A stretch of DNA of 64,000 bases from Candidatus Nitrospinota bacterium M3_3B_026 (lineage in GTDB: Bacteria > Nitrospinota_A > UBA7883 > JBPRGF01): NCBI GenBank assembly GCA_051418015.1, contig JBPRGF010000002.1:11158-75157 (forward strand), in the 5' to 3' direction. Below the pieces are notes generated by a model. The model worked only from the letters and a program-made list of their open reading frames with translations. It was not told the DNA's origin and ran no database searches. Numbering within the stretch: the stretch's first letter is position 1; every line of letters begins with the position of its first letter. Both the position numbers and the translations under genes were made by a program. Shown one piece after another: positions 40,246 through 50,585 of this stretch.

Positions 40246-41352
40246 TCACGACCGGTCCTTCCGCCTCTCCATCGCCTCCTCGTACCTGCCCACCACGTGA
40301 CGGGCGATTTTTTCTGGATCGTGCCACTTGTGTACAAACGCCCTGGCCGCCTCGCTCTTGACGGCAATGGTCTCCCGGTTTTCAAGTATCGTCAGCAACG
40401 CCTCCTCCAGCGTCTGGGGGGTGGCGATGGTGACGGCTTCGGCCAGGTCATCGGCCATCCCGGCCGGAAGGAACGAGAAATCGCTTCGCCGGAGGTAGCA
40501 TATAACCGGAACGCCCATCCGCATCGCCTCCACCGACAGGGCGCCATACCATCCAATCAGCAGCTGATCCACCACCACGTCCGCCGCGGCGTATCGGGCC
40601 AGCGCCTCGTGATGCGGAACCCCTTCCACCAGATCAAGCTGAATTTTTCCGGGATGGCTGCGCTCTATGCGCGAAACCGCCTCCAGCAGACAGGAGGTTC
40701 CCTTCACGGCTCTGTTCGAAGGGGCGTGGACGACCACCAGCGGGCCGGAACGGCGGGCGGGGAGCCGCGGGGGTGAGTCGTCCCACGAGGCTATGGTGTA
40801 AGGGAGAAACTCGGCGCGCCCGGGAAGAAACCGCAGAAGGTCGGGATTGAGGGCGAAGATGTGATCCACCTTCGCGTCCATTTTAGCGATCATTATGTCG
40901 CGAAACCTGTCAAGGTCGCCGTCCCGGCACATCCGGTGGTCACAGTGCCCGTCCTGGCAGGCGGAAAGCTCGGTCTCCGCCAATATGCGTTTACGCATCC
41001 TGGCGTCGCATCCCTGGTAGGTGACGACTTTCACCGCCCGCTCAGGATACCAGCCCAGGTCCAGCAAGGGAGCGCCAAGCGTGGGGAAGCTTATCAGGGA
41101 AGTCCCGAAATTGAAGTGGAAAACATCGTAGGCTTTCCGCAGCCTCATGAAGGCCCGCAGCCGGGCCAGCGTGGCGGTGACCCGGGAGCCGCCGCCGACC
41201 CTGATGTCGGCCGGATAGTCAAAGGAGTTCCGGTCGGCCACGAGACAGTCCGAGCGATGGCCTAGCGCGCGCTCGGCGCATCGCAGACCCCAGGCGGCTC
41301 CGCCAACAGCGGTTGGCAGGTGAAGAATGGACAGGGGCGTGCGCGTCATCAT
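40246..41352 (-). CDS. glycosyltransferase (GT4-like)
   Basis: YDVFHFNFG, YQGCDAR, VHAPSNRAVKGT, DVVVDQLLIGWYG..SVEAM.MG.PV. Confidence 0.8.
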   Translation of the reverse strand: MMTRTPLSILHLPTAVGGAAWGLRCAERALGHRSDCLVADRNSFDYPADIRVGGGSRVTATLARLRAFMRLRKAYDVFHFNFGTSLISFPTLGAPLLDLGWYPERAVKVVTYQGCDARMRKRILAETELSACQDGHCDHRMCRDGDLDRFRDIMIAKMDAKVDHIFALNPDLLRFLPGRAEFLPYTIASWDDSPPRLPARRSGPLVVVHAPSNRAVKGTSCLLEAVSRIERSHPGKIQLDLVEGVPHHEALARYAAADVVVDQLLIGWYGALSVEAMRMGVPVICYLRRSDFSFLPAGMADDLAEAVTIATPQTLEEALLTILENRETIAVKSEAARAFVHKWHDPEKIARHVVGRYEEAMERRKDRS

Positions 41353-41719
41353 CGTCCGCCGCGGCAGCGGGCCCGGCCGGCCGCCGCAGGGTAAGACCTT
41401 ATTGCCACCATAAGCCGAAATAAGATATCATTCCCCAGGTTGAAAACGCGGCGCGCGGCAAAGACAAGCGGCGGCCGCGAACTCGATGATGATAACATGC
41501 GCCCTTTCGCTTATGATCTCTATCGGCATATGCTCTCCTCGTTCAAGAAGGAAAGGTACGTAGTCACCTCGCTCGAGAAGCACGCCCCCTCCCATCCTGG
41601 AACTTCGCCGCCGTTCTCCAATAGCGGGAGCGCTGAAAAGCTGTGCGCAGGGAGGCGATTCTCCCTGCCGGAGAGCCGGGGCTGATTCCGTGCACCCTTA
41701 CATCACGTTGCGGTAGCCC

Positions 41720-43588
41720 ATGTGCGGTATATTCGGCGTCATCGATCTTGCCGGACGCCAGGGCGGCGAGCAGGCCAGAACGGTCGAGACAGGGGTCGGC
41801 CTGCTTCATCACCGCGGGCCGGACTCTAATGGGGTGGCGTGGGCCGGGCCGGTCTGCTTTGGCCACACTCGTCTTTCCATCATCGACCTGGACGGCGGAG
41901 CGCAGCCCATGGCCGACACAGAGGGCGCCGGGCTTCTCACTTACAACGGCGAGGTCTATAACTTCCTGGAACTGCGCGATCAGCTGGCCCGGGAGGGACG
42001 CCGTTTCACGACACGCTCCGATTCCGAAGTGGTTCTGGCCGCGTACCTTGCGTGGGGCGCCCAGGCGGTGGAGCGTTTCCGCGGGATGTTCGCCTTCGCG
42101 GCTATCGACCATCGCAGGAAAAAGGCCATGATCGCCCGCGACAGGGTCGGCAAGAAACCTCTTTTTTACACGGTGGCGGGGAGCCGCCTCTGGTTCTCGA
42201 GCGAATTGGAGCCGCTCTACCGCGCCGTCGGCCCGTTCCCGCTCGATGAGGAGGGGCTTGACGACTACCTTGCGTGGCAATATATCCCTGCGCCGAAGAC
42301 CATCTATAAAGGCGTGCGTTGCCTGCCCCCCGCCTGCCTGCTCGATGTCGACCTGGAGACCGGCGAAATAAAGGAGCGGCGATACTGGACGCTGACGTTC
42401 AGCGAGGATCGCTCCATGTCGGAGAGGGACTGGGAGGAAGAGATAGACCGGAACATAAGGGATGCGGTCGCGGCGCGGCTGGTGAGCGATGTTCCATACG
42501 GCGTGTTCCTGAGCGGCGGGGTCGACTCCAGCATCGTGACGTGGCACATGGCCGATATCCTGAAAAGCCCCGTCCGCTCTTTCTCCATAGGCTTCGAGGA
42601 GGCGCGTTACGATGAGATGGAACACGCCCGGGAAGTGGCGCGGCTGTGCGGCGCCAGGCATCACGCCGAAACGGTCCGGGCGGACTCCATGGGAATATTG
42701 CCGAGACTGGTCCGCCATTACGGTCAGCCCTTCGCGGATTCGTCCGCGATTCCGACATGGTATGTCTCGGCCATGGCGGCCCGCCATGTAAAGATGGCGC
42801 TTTCCGGCGACGGGGGGGACGAGTCGTTCGCCGGCTACAACACCTACGAGGCGATCATGCGTCTCGTCTCCGGCGATCCGCCGCCCGGCGCTCGCGGGGC
42901 GCTGCGGCTGGCGTTGCTCAAACTGCGCGGATGGCTGCGGCGGGGCGAGATCATGGAAAGAGCTTATGAGGGCCATTGCGGAGTGTACCGCCACTTTTCC
43001 CCCGAGGAGCGCCGATCGTTGCTGAGACCGCGGTTCCGCGGTATGGTAAGGGAAATCCAGCCCGACCGGCGCCGGTGGTTTGACGCCGGCAGCGTCCCGC
43101 TGTTAACGCGGCTGCAGAGGCTTGATATAATGACATACTTACCATACGACATTCTGACGAAGGTCGACATCGCCTCCATGGCGCATTCGCTGGAAGTGCG
43201 GGCTCCATTGCTCGACCACCACCTGCTGGAGACGGTGGCCCGGATGCCGGTGGAGCTGAAGTTGAAAAAAATAGAAACAAATGAGGGGACGCTTTACGGA
43301 AAGAAGCATATGCTCCGGCAGGTGGCCAGGCGGCGGTTCGACTCCCGGATCATCGATCGCCCCAAACAGGGGTTCGGCGTTCCCCTCGGGCCATGGTTCG
43401 CCGGCCCTTTGCGCGAGGAGGTTCGCCGGCGCCTTGTCAATTCCGCTCCGATGGCGCGTTATTTCGACACCGGAGCGCTCGAGTCGCTGGTGAACCGCCA
43501 CACGGAGGCCGCCGACCTTTCGTCCAGGCTCTGGAACCTTCTTTTTCTGGGCGAATGGATGGAGACACATCCAGAATCGCTGGCATGA
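41720..43588 (+). CDS. asnB: glutamine-hydrolysing asparagine-synthase-like amidotransferase (copy 1)
   Basis: MCGI N-terminus, HRGPD, RLSIIDL, NGEVYN, LSGGVDSS, SGDGGDE, SLEVRAPLLD, KQGF. Confidence 0.92.
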   Translation: MCGIFGVIDLAGRQGGEQARTVETGVGLLHHRGPDSNGVAWAGPVCFGHTRLSIIDLDGGAQPMADTEGAGLLTYNGEVYNFLELRDQLAREGRRFTTRSDSEVVLAAYLAWGAQAVERFRGMFAFAAIDHRRKKAMIARDRVGKKPLFYTVAGSRLWFSSELEPLYRAVGPFPLDEEGLDDYLAWQYIPAPKTIYKGVRCLPPACLLDVDLETGEIKERRYWTLTFSEDRSMSERDWEEEIDRNIRDAVAARLVSDVPYGVFLSGGVDSSIVTWHMADILKSPVRSFSIGFEEARYDEMEHAREVARLCGARHHAETVRADSMGILPRLVRHYGQPFADSSAIPTWYVSAMAARHVKMALSGDGGDESFAGYNTYEAIMRLVSGDPPPGARGALRLALLKLRGWLRRGEIMERAYEGHCGVYRHFSPEERRSLLRPRFRGMVREIQPDRRRWFDAGSVPLLTRLQRLDIMTYLPYDILTKVDIASMAHSLEVRAPLLDHHLLETVARMPVELKLKKIETNEGTLYGKKHMLRQVARRRFDSRIIDRPKQGFGVPLGPWFAGPLREEVRRRLVNSAPMARYFDTGALESLVNRHTEAADLSSRLWNLLFLGEWMETHPESLA

Positions 43589-43651
43589 GAGCGCATATAC
43601 CGGCGCCACGCGGGGCGTGGGCTTTTCTCGATCAAAAGGAGACCTGACCAA

Positions 43652-44644
43652 ATGCCGTCACTAAAAGACAAAAAAATTCTCGTCATAGGGGGGGCCGGAT
43701 TTATCGGCTCGCACGTTGTTGAAGAGCTGCTCAAGGAGCCGGTGGGACAGGTGACAGTGTTCGACAACTTCAGCCGCGGCGCGGAGGAAAACCTCGCCGA
43801 CGCGGCCCCTAACAGCCGATTCCGGGTGTTCGACCTGGGGGGCGACATTCTGCAGGCTGACATCCTGGACGAGGCCATCAAGGGACAGGACATGGTGGTA
43901 CATCTGGCCGCGTTGTGGCTGCTGCATTGCCATGAGTACCCCCAATCGGCGTTCGAGGTGAACATCCGCGGCTTTTTCAACGTGCTGGAGTCATGCCGCC
44001 GTCACAACATAGAAAAGCTGGTCTTTTCAAGCTCCGCCTCGGTGTACGGCGACGCCGTGGAGGAGCCGATGACCGAGGACCATCCCTATAACAATTGGAC
44101 GTTTTACGGCGCCAGCAAGATAGCCGGCGAACACATGATGAAGGCGTACCACAGGCGCTACGGCCTGAGCGGTGTGGGGCTCCGCTACATGAACGTCTAC
44201 GGCCCCCGCCAGGACTACCGCGGAGCCTACATCGCCGTTATGATGAAGATACTCGACAACATCGACCAGGGCGCCAGCCCCACGGTCTATGGCGACGGCT
44301 CCCAGGCTTATGACTTCATCCATGTCCGGGACGCCGCGCGGGCCAACGTCCTCGCCCTGAAGGCGGATGTCCCACACGGTTTTTATAATGTCGGCCGGGG
44401 GATCAAAACCTCGATCAAGGAGCTTGCGGAGCTTTTGATCTCGCTGACGGGGTCCGGCCTGCCGGTGGAATACAAGGACGCCGGGCCGACCTTTGTGAAA
44501 AACCGCGTGGGGGACCCGACGCGGGCTTCCGAGGACCTGGGCTTCAAATGGACCATTGGCCTGGAGGAGGGGATGCGCTCGCTCATAGAGTGGCGCAAAA
44601 GCCACATGGAGGAGGTGGAGAAGCGCCGTCGCGCCGTTCGCTGA
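43652..44644 (+). CDS. NAD-dependent epimerase/dehydratase
   Basis: GGAGFIGS, SSSASVYG, YGASK, RYMNVYGPRQ. Confidence 0.92.
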   Translation: MPSLKDKKILVIGGAGFIGSHVVEELLKEPVGQVTVFDNFSRGAEENLADAAPNSRFRVFDLGGDILQADILDEAIKGQDMVVHLAALWLLHCHEYPQSAFEVNIRGFFNVLESCRRHNIEKLVFSSSASVYGDAVEEPMTEDHPYNNWTFYGASKIAGEHMMKAYHRRYGLSGVGLRYMNVYGPRQDYRGAYIAVMMKILDNIDQGASPTVYGDGSQAYDFIHVRDAARANVLALKADVPHGFYNVGRGIKTSIKELAELLISLTGSGLPVEYKDAGPTFVKNRVGDPTRASEDLGFKWTIGLEEGMRSLIEWRKSHMEEVEKRRRAVR

Positions 44645-44656
44645 CGGCGCCCCTGG

Positions 44657-45541
44657 CTATTCCAGCAGGGTTTTCACCCCCTGGGCGAAGGTGATCGATG
44701 GGCCGCCGAGCAGCGCGCGCATTCGGCTGATATCCGCCACCATTCGGGGGGCGGGGCCGCTTTCGTCCACGGAAAAAACAGGAGGCCTGCCCGCGCGTTC
44801 GCCGATGATCTCACACATTCGGCGCAGGGTGATGGCCTCGGGGCCCGCCACGTTGATGACGTTCACGCCGTCCCCCTCGAGGCGCAGGCTGCTTTCGACG
44901 GCGTTGACGGCGTCGTCTACATGGACCGGGTTTATCACCAGCCCGCCGGGCCCTTGCAGGGTGATTGGCCGGCCCTCTCTCACCGACGCCGCCAGCCGCG
45001 GCGCGAGCATATCCCGCCGCTGGCCCGGCCCGTAAATGAAAAAGAAGCGCAGGATAACCACCTTCATGATCCCGGCGTATCCCGCCGCCAATATCTCGGC
45101 CGCCAGCTTGGAGCGCGCGTAATAGCCGTTGATTTTCTCCACGTCAAGCCGGTTTTCCTCCCGCAACGGCTCCGGGCTCGCCGGATAAACTCCCCCCGTG
45201 GAGGCGAGTATGAGCCGGCTGACGCCAGCCCGCCTGCCGAATTCCAGCAAGCGCTGGGTGGAAGCGACGTTCACAGCGTAGATATCGTCGGCCTGCTCGG
45301 GAAACCGGCGGAATGCAAGAGACTGGGCCAGGTGAACGATGGCGTCGGCGTTGGCGGGTAACAGGCCGGCAAAACCGGGATCCGCGAGGTCGGCGATGGT
45401 GGGGACCACTCCCTCGGGCAGGTGGCCTGGCTCTTTTCTGTAGATAGGCGCAAGCCGGCGGCGGCCAGTCAATCGGCGCACAAGCTGAGCCCCGACGAGC
45501 CCCGAGGCCCCGGTGATGATGATCGGTTTTTCTTCGCTCAC
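44657..45541 (-). CDS. NAD-dependent epimerase/dehydratase
   Basis: TGASGLVG, ASTGGVY, YARSK, RFFFIYGPGQ. Confidence 0.88.
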   Translation of the reverse strand: MSEEKPIIITGASGLVGAQLVRRLTGRRRLAPIYRKEPGHLPEGVVPTIADLADPGFAGLLPANADAIVHLAQSLAFRRFPEQADDIYAVNVASTQRLLEFGRRAGVSRLILASTGGVYPASPEPLREENRLDVEKINGYYARSKLAAEILAAGYAGIMKVVILRFFFIYGPGQRRDMLAPRLAASVREGRPITLQGPGGLVINPVHVDDAVNAVESSLRLEGDGVNVINVAGPEAITLRRMCEIIGERAGRPPVFSVDESGPAPRMVADISRMRALLGGPSITFAQGVKTLLE

Positions 45542-45659
45542 GCGGTGAGTCCCTTATAGAAAAACATGCAGTTTTATTGACGAATTATTGGATCAGGCCG
45601 CTCCAGTTGTCTACCTTGGCGTGATATAATACCCCAATTTTGCTTTGTAAAATATCGCT

Positions 45660-47660
45660 ATGTGTGGCATTTGCGGCCTTGTTTCGCTGGGGGGCGGGCC
45701 AATCGACCCCGCGCGAGCCAAACCCATGCTTGACACGCTGACCCACCGGGGGCGGGACGACGCGGGATACGCCTTTTTCCGTTTGGGGGAGTATAAACAG
45801 ACCGAGGGCAGCTACTGGATCAGCATGGTGGAGCCCGAGTTCCATCACCTCAACGAGCGCCTTGCCGTCTACGGGGGATCTCTCGCCAGCGAGGAGTTCG
45901 CGAGGACTCCGTTTTCGCTTGCGCTGGGGCATCGCCGCCTCTCGATCATCGACCTGAGCCACAAGGGCCACCAGCCCATGCACACCTCGGACCGGCGTTA
46001 CTGGATCATCCTGAACGGGGAGATATACAACTATGTCGAGCTGAGGGAGGCGCTGGAGAGCCGCGGGCACATCTTCCGCTCCAACACCGACACCGAGACG
46101 ATACTCCACCTGTGGGAGGAGAAGGGCGCCGCCTGCCTAGCCGAGCTGGACGGCATGTTCGCCTTCGCGCTCTACGACCGGGTTGAGAACACGCTGACCC
46201 TGGCCCGCGACCGGTTCGGCGTTAAGCCGCTCTACTACGCCGAGGCGGGACCTTATTTTCTGTTCGCCTCCGAGATCAAGGCCATCCTCGCGTCCGGCCT
46301 GGCCCCTCGCGGAATAGACCCCGCCGCTCTGGGCGAGTACTTCACCTTCCAGAACATAGTGAGCGACCACACACTCTTCGAGGGCGTGCGGATGCTTCCA
46401 CCTGGTGAAAAGATCACAGTAAAACCCGGTTCCGGCGGCGGCGCGCGCAAGGAGCGCTATATAGACCCACTCGGCGAGGCTGACGAAAACACGCCGGATC
46501 CGGCGGCCGTCGCCGCCACCCTGGCCGACTCGTTCCAGGGCGCGGTCAGGCGGCAGCTACGCAGCGACGTGGAGATCGGGGCGTATCTCTCCGGTGGCAT
46601 GGACAGCGGCTCCATCGTGGCCGTGTGCGGCAAGACCATGCCGCGGCTGCTTACATTTACCGCCGGGTTCGACCTGACAAACGTGGACGGGATCGAGCAG
46701 GGTTTCGATGAGCGGCGGCTGGCCGAGAGGCTCTCGTACCTGTACCAGACCGAGCACTACGACGTGGTTCTGCACGCGGGCGACATGCCGGCGGTCATGG
46801 ACAAGCTGACCTGGCACGTAGACGACCCCCGCGTCGGCATGTGCCACCAGAACTGGTACGCCGCCAAGCTGGCCAGCAGGTTTGTGAAGGTCTGCCTCTC
46901 CGGCGCCGGCGGCGACGAAATGTTCGGCGGATACCCGTGGCGCTATCGGGGCATAGTCAGGTTGATGAACGAGGGAAAGATGCCGTATGAAGACGCCGTG
47001 TTCCGCTTCTGGCACAGGCTCCTGAACCCCGAGGAGCTGCCGCGTCTTTTTCACACGGATTATCGTGAGAGCCTGACCGCCGCCCGCGAGCGGCTCGGCA
47101 GTGTCATACAATCATTGCCTGCGGGAAATCCCAGGCTGGGAGAGCTGGACGGCGTTATCCATCGCACGCTGGCGTTCGAGTTCAAGACATTCCTGCACGG
47201 TCTTCTTGTCATCGAGGACAGAGTCAGCATGGCTCATAATATGGAGGTCCGCGTTCCTTTTCTGGATAACGCCCTGGCGGCCCTGGCGTGGCGGCTTCCC
47301 CCATCCCTTAAGATGGATATGGCCCAGATCGGCGGCGGTAAAGGCGCGGCCGAAGAGGCGGGAGGGAAGAAGATTCTCCGCCGGGCGATGACCTCGCTGC
47401 TGCCTAAGGAGTACGTAAATCAGCGGAAGCAGGGGTTTTCGCCCCCCGATGGGAGCTGGTATCGCGGGCCCTCGGTCGATTATCTCAAGGAGATACTTTT
47501 CGATCAGCGGACGCTCTCCCGTCCATGGTTCGACCAGCGGTTCGTAGAGCAAAAGCTTTCGGAACATTTCACCGGCATGAGCAACCATCGGCTTCTGATC
47601 TGGTCCTTGTTGTCCTTCGAGCTGCTGCAACGGCACTTTATTGACGGGGGGCATAAATGA
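45660..47660 (+). CDS. asnB: glutamine-hydrolysing asparagine-synthase-like amidotransferase (copy 2)
   Basis: MCGICG, HRRLSIIDL, LSGGMDS, SGAGGDE, EVRVPFLD, KQGFSPPD. Confidence 0.92.
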   Translation: MCGICGLVSLGGGPIDPARAKPMLDTLTHRGRDDAGYAFFRLGEYKQTEGSYWISMVEPEFHHLNERLAVYGGSLASEEFARTPFSLALGHRRLSIIDLSHKGHQPMHTSDRRYWIILNGEIYNYVELREALESRGHIFRSNTDTETILHLWEEKGAACLAELDGMFAFALYDRVENTLTLARDRFGVKPLYYAEAGPYFLFASEIKAILASGLAPRGIDPAALGEYFTFQNIVSDHTLFEGVRMLPPGEKITVKPGSGGGARKERYIDPLGEADENTPDPAAVAATLADSFQGAVRRQLRSDVEIGAYLSGGMDSGSIVAVCGKTMPRLLTFTAGFDLTNVDGIEQGFDERRLAERLSYLYQTEHYDVVLHAGDMPAVMDKLTWHVDDPRVGMCHQNWYAAKLASRFVKVCLSGAGGDEMFGGYPWRYRGIVRLMNEGKMPYEDAVFRFWHRLLNPEELPRLFHTDYRESLTAARERLGSVIQSLPAGNPRLGELDGVIHRTLAFEFKTFLHGLLVIEDRVSMAHNMEVRVPFLDNALAALAWRLPPSLKMDMAQIGGGKGAAEEAGGKKILRRAMTSLLPKEYVNQRKQGFSPPDGSWYRGPSVDYLKEILFDQRTLSRPWFDQRFVEQKLSEHFTGMSNHRLLIWSLLSFELLQRHFIDGGHK

Positions 47661-48493
47661 GGGCGTTACTCGACCCTGGAGCCCATTGGCGGGCCACCAG
47701 GGAGATCATAGCTCTTTTGACCCACCATCGGCAACTGACCTGGGAGATGGCCAAGCGGGAGTTGCAGGACCGCTACGCCGGTCAGGTGATGGGCCTGATG
47801 TGGGCGGTGATCCATCCGGTGGCGATCATTCTCGTGTACCTTTTCCTGTTCATAATCGTGTTCAAGGTCCGGTTTCCCCCGATGGAGGGGGTTACCATGG
47901 ACTACGCCTCGTACATCCTGGCAGGCCTGATTCCGTGGTTCTACTTCCAGGAATCCATGATAAAAGGGTGCACGGCCATATCCAGCAACGCCCCCCTGGT
48001 AAAGCAGGTGGTGTTTCCCATAGAGGTGCTGCCGGTGAAGGGGGTGCTGGTATCGCTTCTAAGCCAGGCCGTGGCCACCGCCATCCTCCTTTGCTATATG
48101 CTTCTGCGCCACGGCGGCGTTCCATGGACCATCGTGTTTTTCCCGGCGGCGCTCCTGCTGGAGGGTCTCCTGATGACCGGTTTGAGCTATATCCTTTCGG
48201 CCGTCGGCGCCTACATCCGCGACGTGAAAGACATCGTGCAGGTGCTGCTCCTGATGAGCATGTACCTTACCCCCACGTTCTACCTTCCCGCCATGGTACC
48301 CGCAACGTTCAAGTACGTGATCTACTTGAATCCCTTCAGTTACATGATCTGGGTGTTCCAGGATATATTTTTCTTCGGATGGTTTCAGCACCCGTGGGCG
48401 TGGGTGATATTCACGGGCGAGGCGCTGCTGGTTTTCTACGGAGGCTACCGAGTCTTCCGCAAGGCTAAAATGTTTTTCGGGAACGTGCTGTGA
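47657..48493 (+). CDS. wzm: polysaccharide ABC transporter permease
   Basis: RELQDRYAGQVMGLMW, LVKQVVFP, RDVKDIV, YLTPTFY, LNP; six TM segments. Confidence 0.92.
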   Translation: MRALLDPGAHWRATREIIALLTHHRQLTWEMAKRELQDRYAGQVMGLMWAVIHPVAIILVYLFLFIIVFKVRFPPMEGVTMDYASYILAGLIPWFYFQESMIKGCTAISSNAPLVKQVVFPIEVLPVKGVLVSLLSQAVATAILLCYMLLRHGGVPWTIVFFPAALLLEGLLMTGLSYILSAVGAYIRDVKDIVQVLLLMSMYLTPTFYLPAMVPATFKYVIYLNPFSYMIWVFQDIFFFGWFQHPWAWVIFTGEALLVFYGGYRVFRKAKMFFGNVL

Positions 48494-49713
48494 GCGATAA
48501 TGAAACCCCGGCCATCCGGGTCAGCGGCCTGTCGAAGATGTTCAGGGTCTACCAGCGGCCCGTCGACCTGGTAAAAGAGCTGATAACGGGCCGCCCCTAT
48601 CACAGCGAGTTCTGGGCGCTCAAGGACGTTTCGTTCACCGTGGAGCGCGGCCAGGTGGTGGGCGTCATCGGCAGGAACGGCGCCGGCAAGAGCACTCTTC
48701 TGAAGATCATCGCCGGGACCCTGGACGCGACCGGCGGCGAGGTGAAGGCCAATGGCCGCGTATCGGCGCTTTTGGAGCTGGGGACGGGGTTCAACGTCGA
48801 ACACACCGGCCATGACAACATCCTCATGGGCGGGATGTGCCTGGGGATGAGCAAGGAGGAGGTCGAACGCAAGTATGACTGGATCGTCGACTTCTCCGAG
48901 CTGAAGGATTTCATTCACCAGCCGGTTAAGACCTACTCGTCGGGGATGCTCTCCCGGCTGGCCTTCTCCGTCGCCATTTGCGTGGAGCCGGAGATATTCA
49001 TCGTGGACGAGGCGCTGGCCACGGGGGATATCCGCTTCCAGGACAAATGCCTGCGCCAGATCAAAAGAATCGTCCAGAGCGGCGCGACGGTCCTTTTCGT
49101 GTCGCACAGCCTGCAGACGATTTACGACCTTTGCGACAGGACTATTCTCCTTGCTCATGGAGAAATCGCGAAAGATGGGGATCCCCGCGCTGTCGGAGAC
49201 GCGTATGAGTTGATGCTTGCCCGGAGCGATGACGAGGACTATGCTCAGGCTCCGCTGGAAACAATAGTCAATCAAAAGGTCCACACCGGAAACAGCGCAT
49301 ATATAGAAAGTGTATGCGTCAAGAACGACAATGGTGTCCGTGTTGCGACGTTGACCTACAGGGAGTGGTACACTGTCGAGGTTGTGGTTCACTGCAACGA
49401 GGATATGGAATCACTCGGCGTTGGATTCATGATCCAACTTCCATCCGGCATGAAAATATACAACAAAAACACCAACAGTAATAATTTGCTTTTCACGTGC
49501 GAAAAAGGAGAAAAGCTCACGGTGAAATTCAGGTTTCAATGTCTGGTTATGGATGGTCCGTATTTCATTGGCGGAGGGCTTGGAAAGATTCACCGGGACG
49601 GCTCGTTCACGTTGCTGCATATGATGCGAAGCGCCATCACGGTCACGGTGACAGGCGGAAGCACAAAATTTCGGGGTATCGTTGATTTGCAGGCTGATAT
49701 CTTATGCGAATGA
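48490..49713 (+). CDS. wzt: polysaccharide ABC transporter ATPase with C-terminal carbohydrate-binding domain
   Basis: FWALKDVSF, GRNGAGKSTLL, PVKTYSSGM, VDEALATGD, VSH, plus ~150-aa beta-rich C-terminal domain. Confidence 0.93.
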   Translation: MSDNETPAIRVSGLSKMFRVYQRPVDLVKELITGRPYHSEFWALKDVSFTVERGQVVGVIGRNGAGKSTLLKIIAGTLDATGGEVKANGRVSALLELGTGFNVEHTGHDNILMGGMCLGMSKEEVERKYDWIVDFSELKDFIHQPVKTYSSGMLSRLAFSVAICVEPEIFIVDEALATGDIRFQDKCLRQIKRIVQSGATVLFVSHSLQTIYDLCDRTILLAHGEIAKDGDPRAVGDAYELMLARSDDEDYAQAPLETIVNQKVHTGNSAYIESVCVKNDNGVRVATLTYREWYTVEVVVHCNEDMESLGVGFMIQLPSGMKIYNKNTNSNNLLFTCEKGEKLTVKFRFQCLVMDGPYFIGGGLGKIHRDGSFTLLHMMRSAITVTVTGGSTKFRGIVDLQADILCE

Positions 49714-49772
49714 GAGGTTGCGCGGCTCCATCTTCGCGAGCATGGGCGCAAAGCGCGTATCGAAGATAAGCA

Positions 49773-50585
49773 ATGTGGTTTCTACCAAGATACAAGGCCC
49801 GGAACAGCGCGGCAAACTCCACGCGGCAGGTAAATCATCCTGATTTTATCGGGGTGGGGGCGGCCAAGTGCGGGACAACGTGGTGGCACAACCTCATTAC
49901 GGCGCATCCTCAAGTGAGCGCTCTTCGTGGGGGTATCAAGCAGGCCAGTTTTTTTTGCGAATACATAGACAACATTCCTGACGAGCGCTTGCGGGAATAT
50001 CAAGCCTTGTTTCTCCGGCCCGCCGGGATGATCGCGGGGGAATGGACTCCGCGCTATATGTACGACAAGCACTCCGTGGATCTGATTAAAAAATACTTTC
50101 CCGACACAAAGATACTTGTGATTTTACGCGATCCGCTGGAACGCTTCCGAAGCGGGGTCAACTGGCATCTTGTGGAATCCGGGCCTGGGAAATACGCGTC
50201 GTTAGATGACTATTTGGATGGCCAATATTGCCATTGGTGGCCGCATAACATCGCGGACGCCCTGGCGCGCTCGATGTACTGGTATCAAATGCGGCATCTG
50301 GAGCAAGTATATAACCGCGCGAACATTCTTCTGTTGCAATATGAGAAATGCGTGCGCTGCCCAGAAACGGAACTCAAAAAGACCTATTCATTTCTGGGTC
50401 TTGATGCGGATTTCCTTCCCGACAATCTGGACGGGTCTATTAACGCTTCCACTTACGTATATGATGTATTCACCTCAAACAACCTGCTGAAGGGAGTTCG
50501 TGGCATCCTGAAGGATGATGTCACACGGCTTGCGCGTGAATGGCCGGAAATCGATATCACGCTATGGCCCGGTTTCTCGGGATGA
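49773..50585 (+). CDS. sulfotransferase
   Basis: PDFIGVGAAKCGTT (5'-PSB loop), GEWTPRY, LRDPLER..S (3'-PB), YSFLG. Confidence 0.88.
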   Translation: MWFLPRYKARNSAANSTRQVNHPDFIGVGAAKCGTTWWHNLITAHPQVSALRGGIKQASFFCEYIDNIPDERLREYQALFLRPAGMIAGEWTPRYMYDKHSVDLIKKYFPDTKILVILRDPLERFRSGVNWHLVESGPGKYASLDDYLDGQYCHWWPHNIADALARSMYWYQMRHLEQVYNRANILLLQYEKCVRCPETELKKTYSFLGLDADFLPDNLDGSINASTYVYDVFTSNNLLKGVRGILKDDVTRLAREWPEIDITLWPGFSG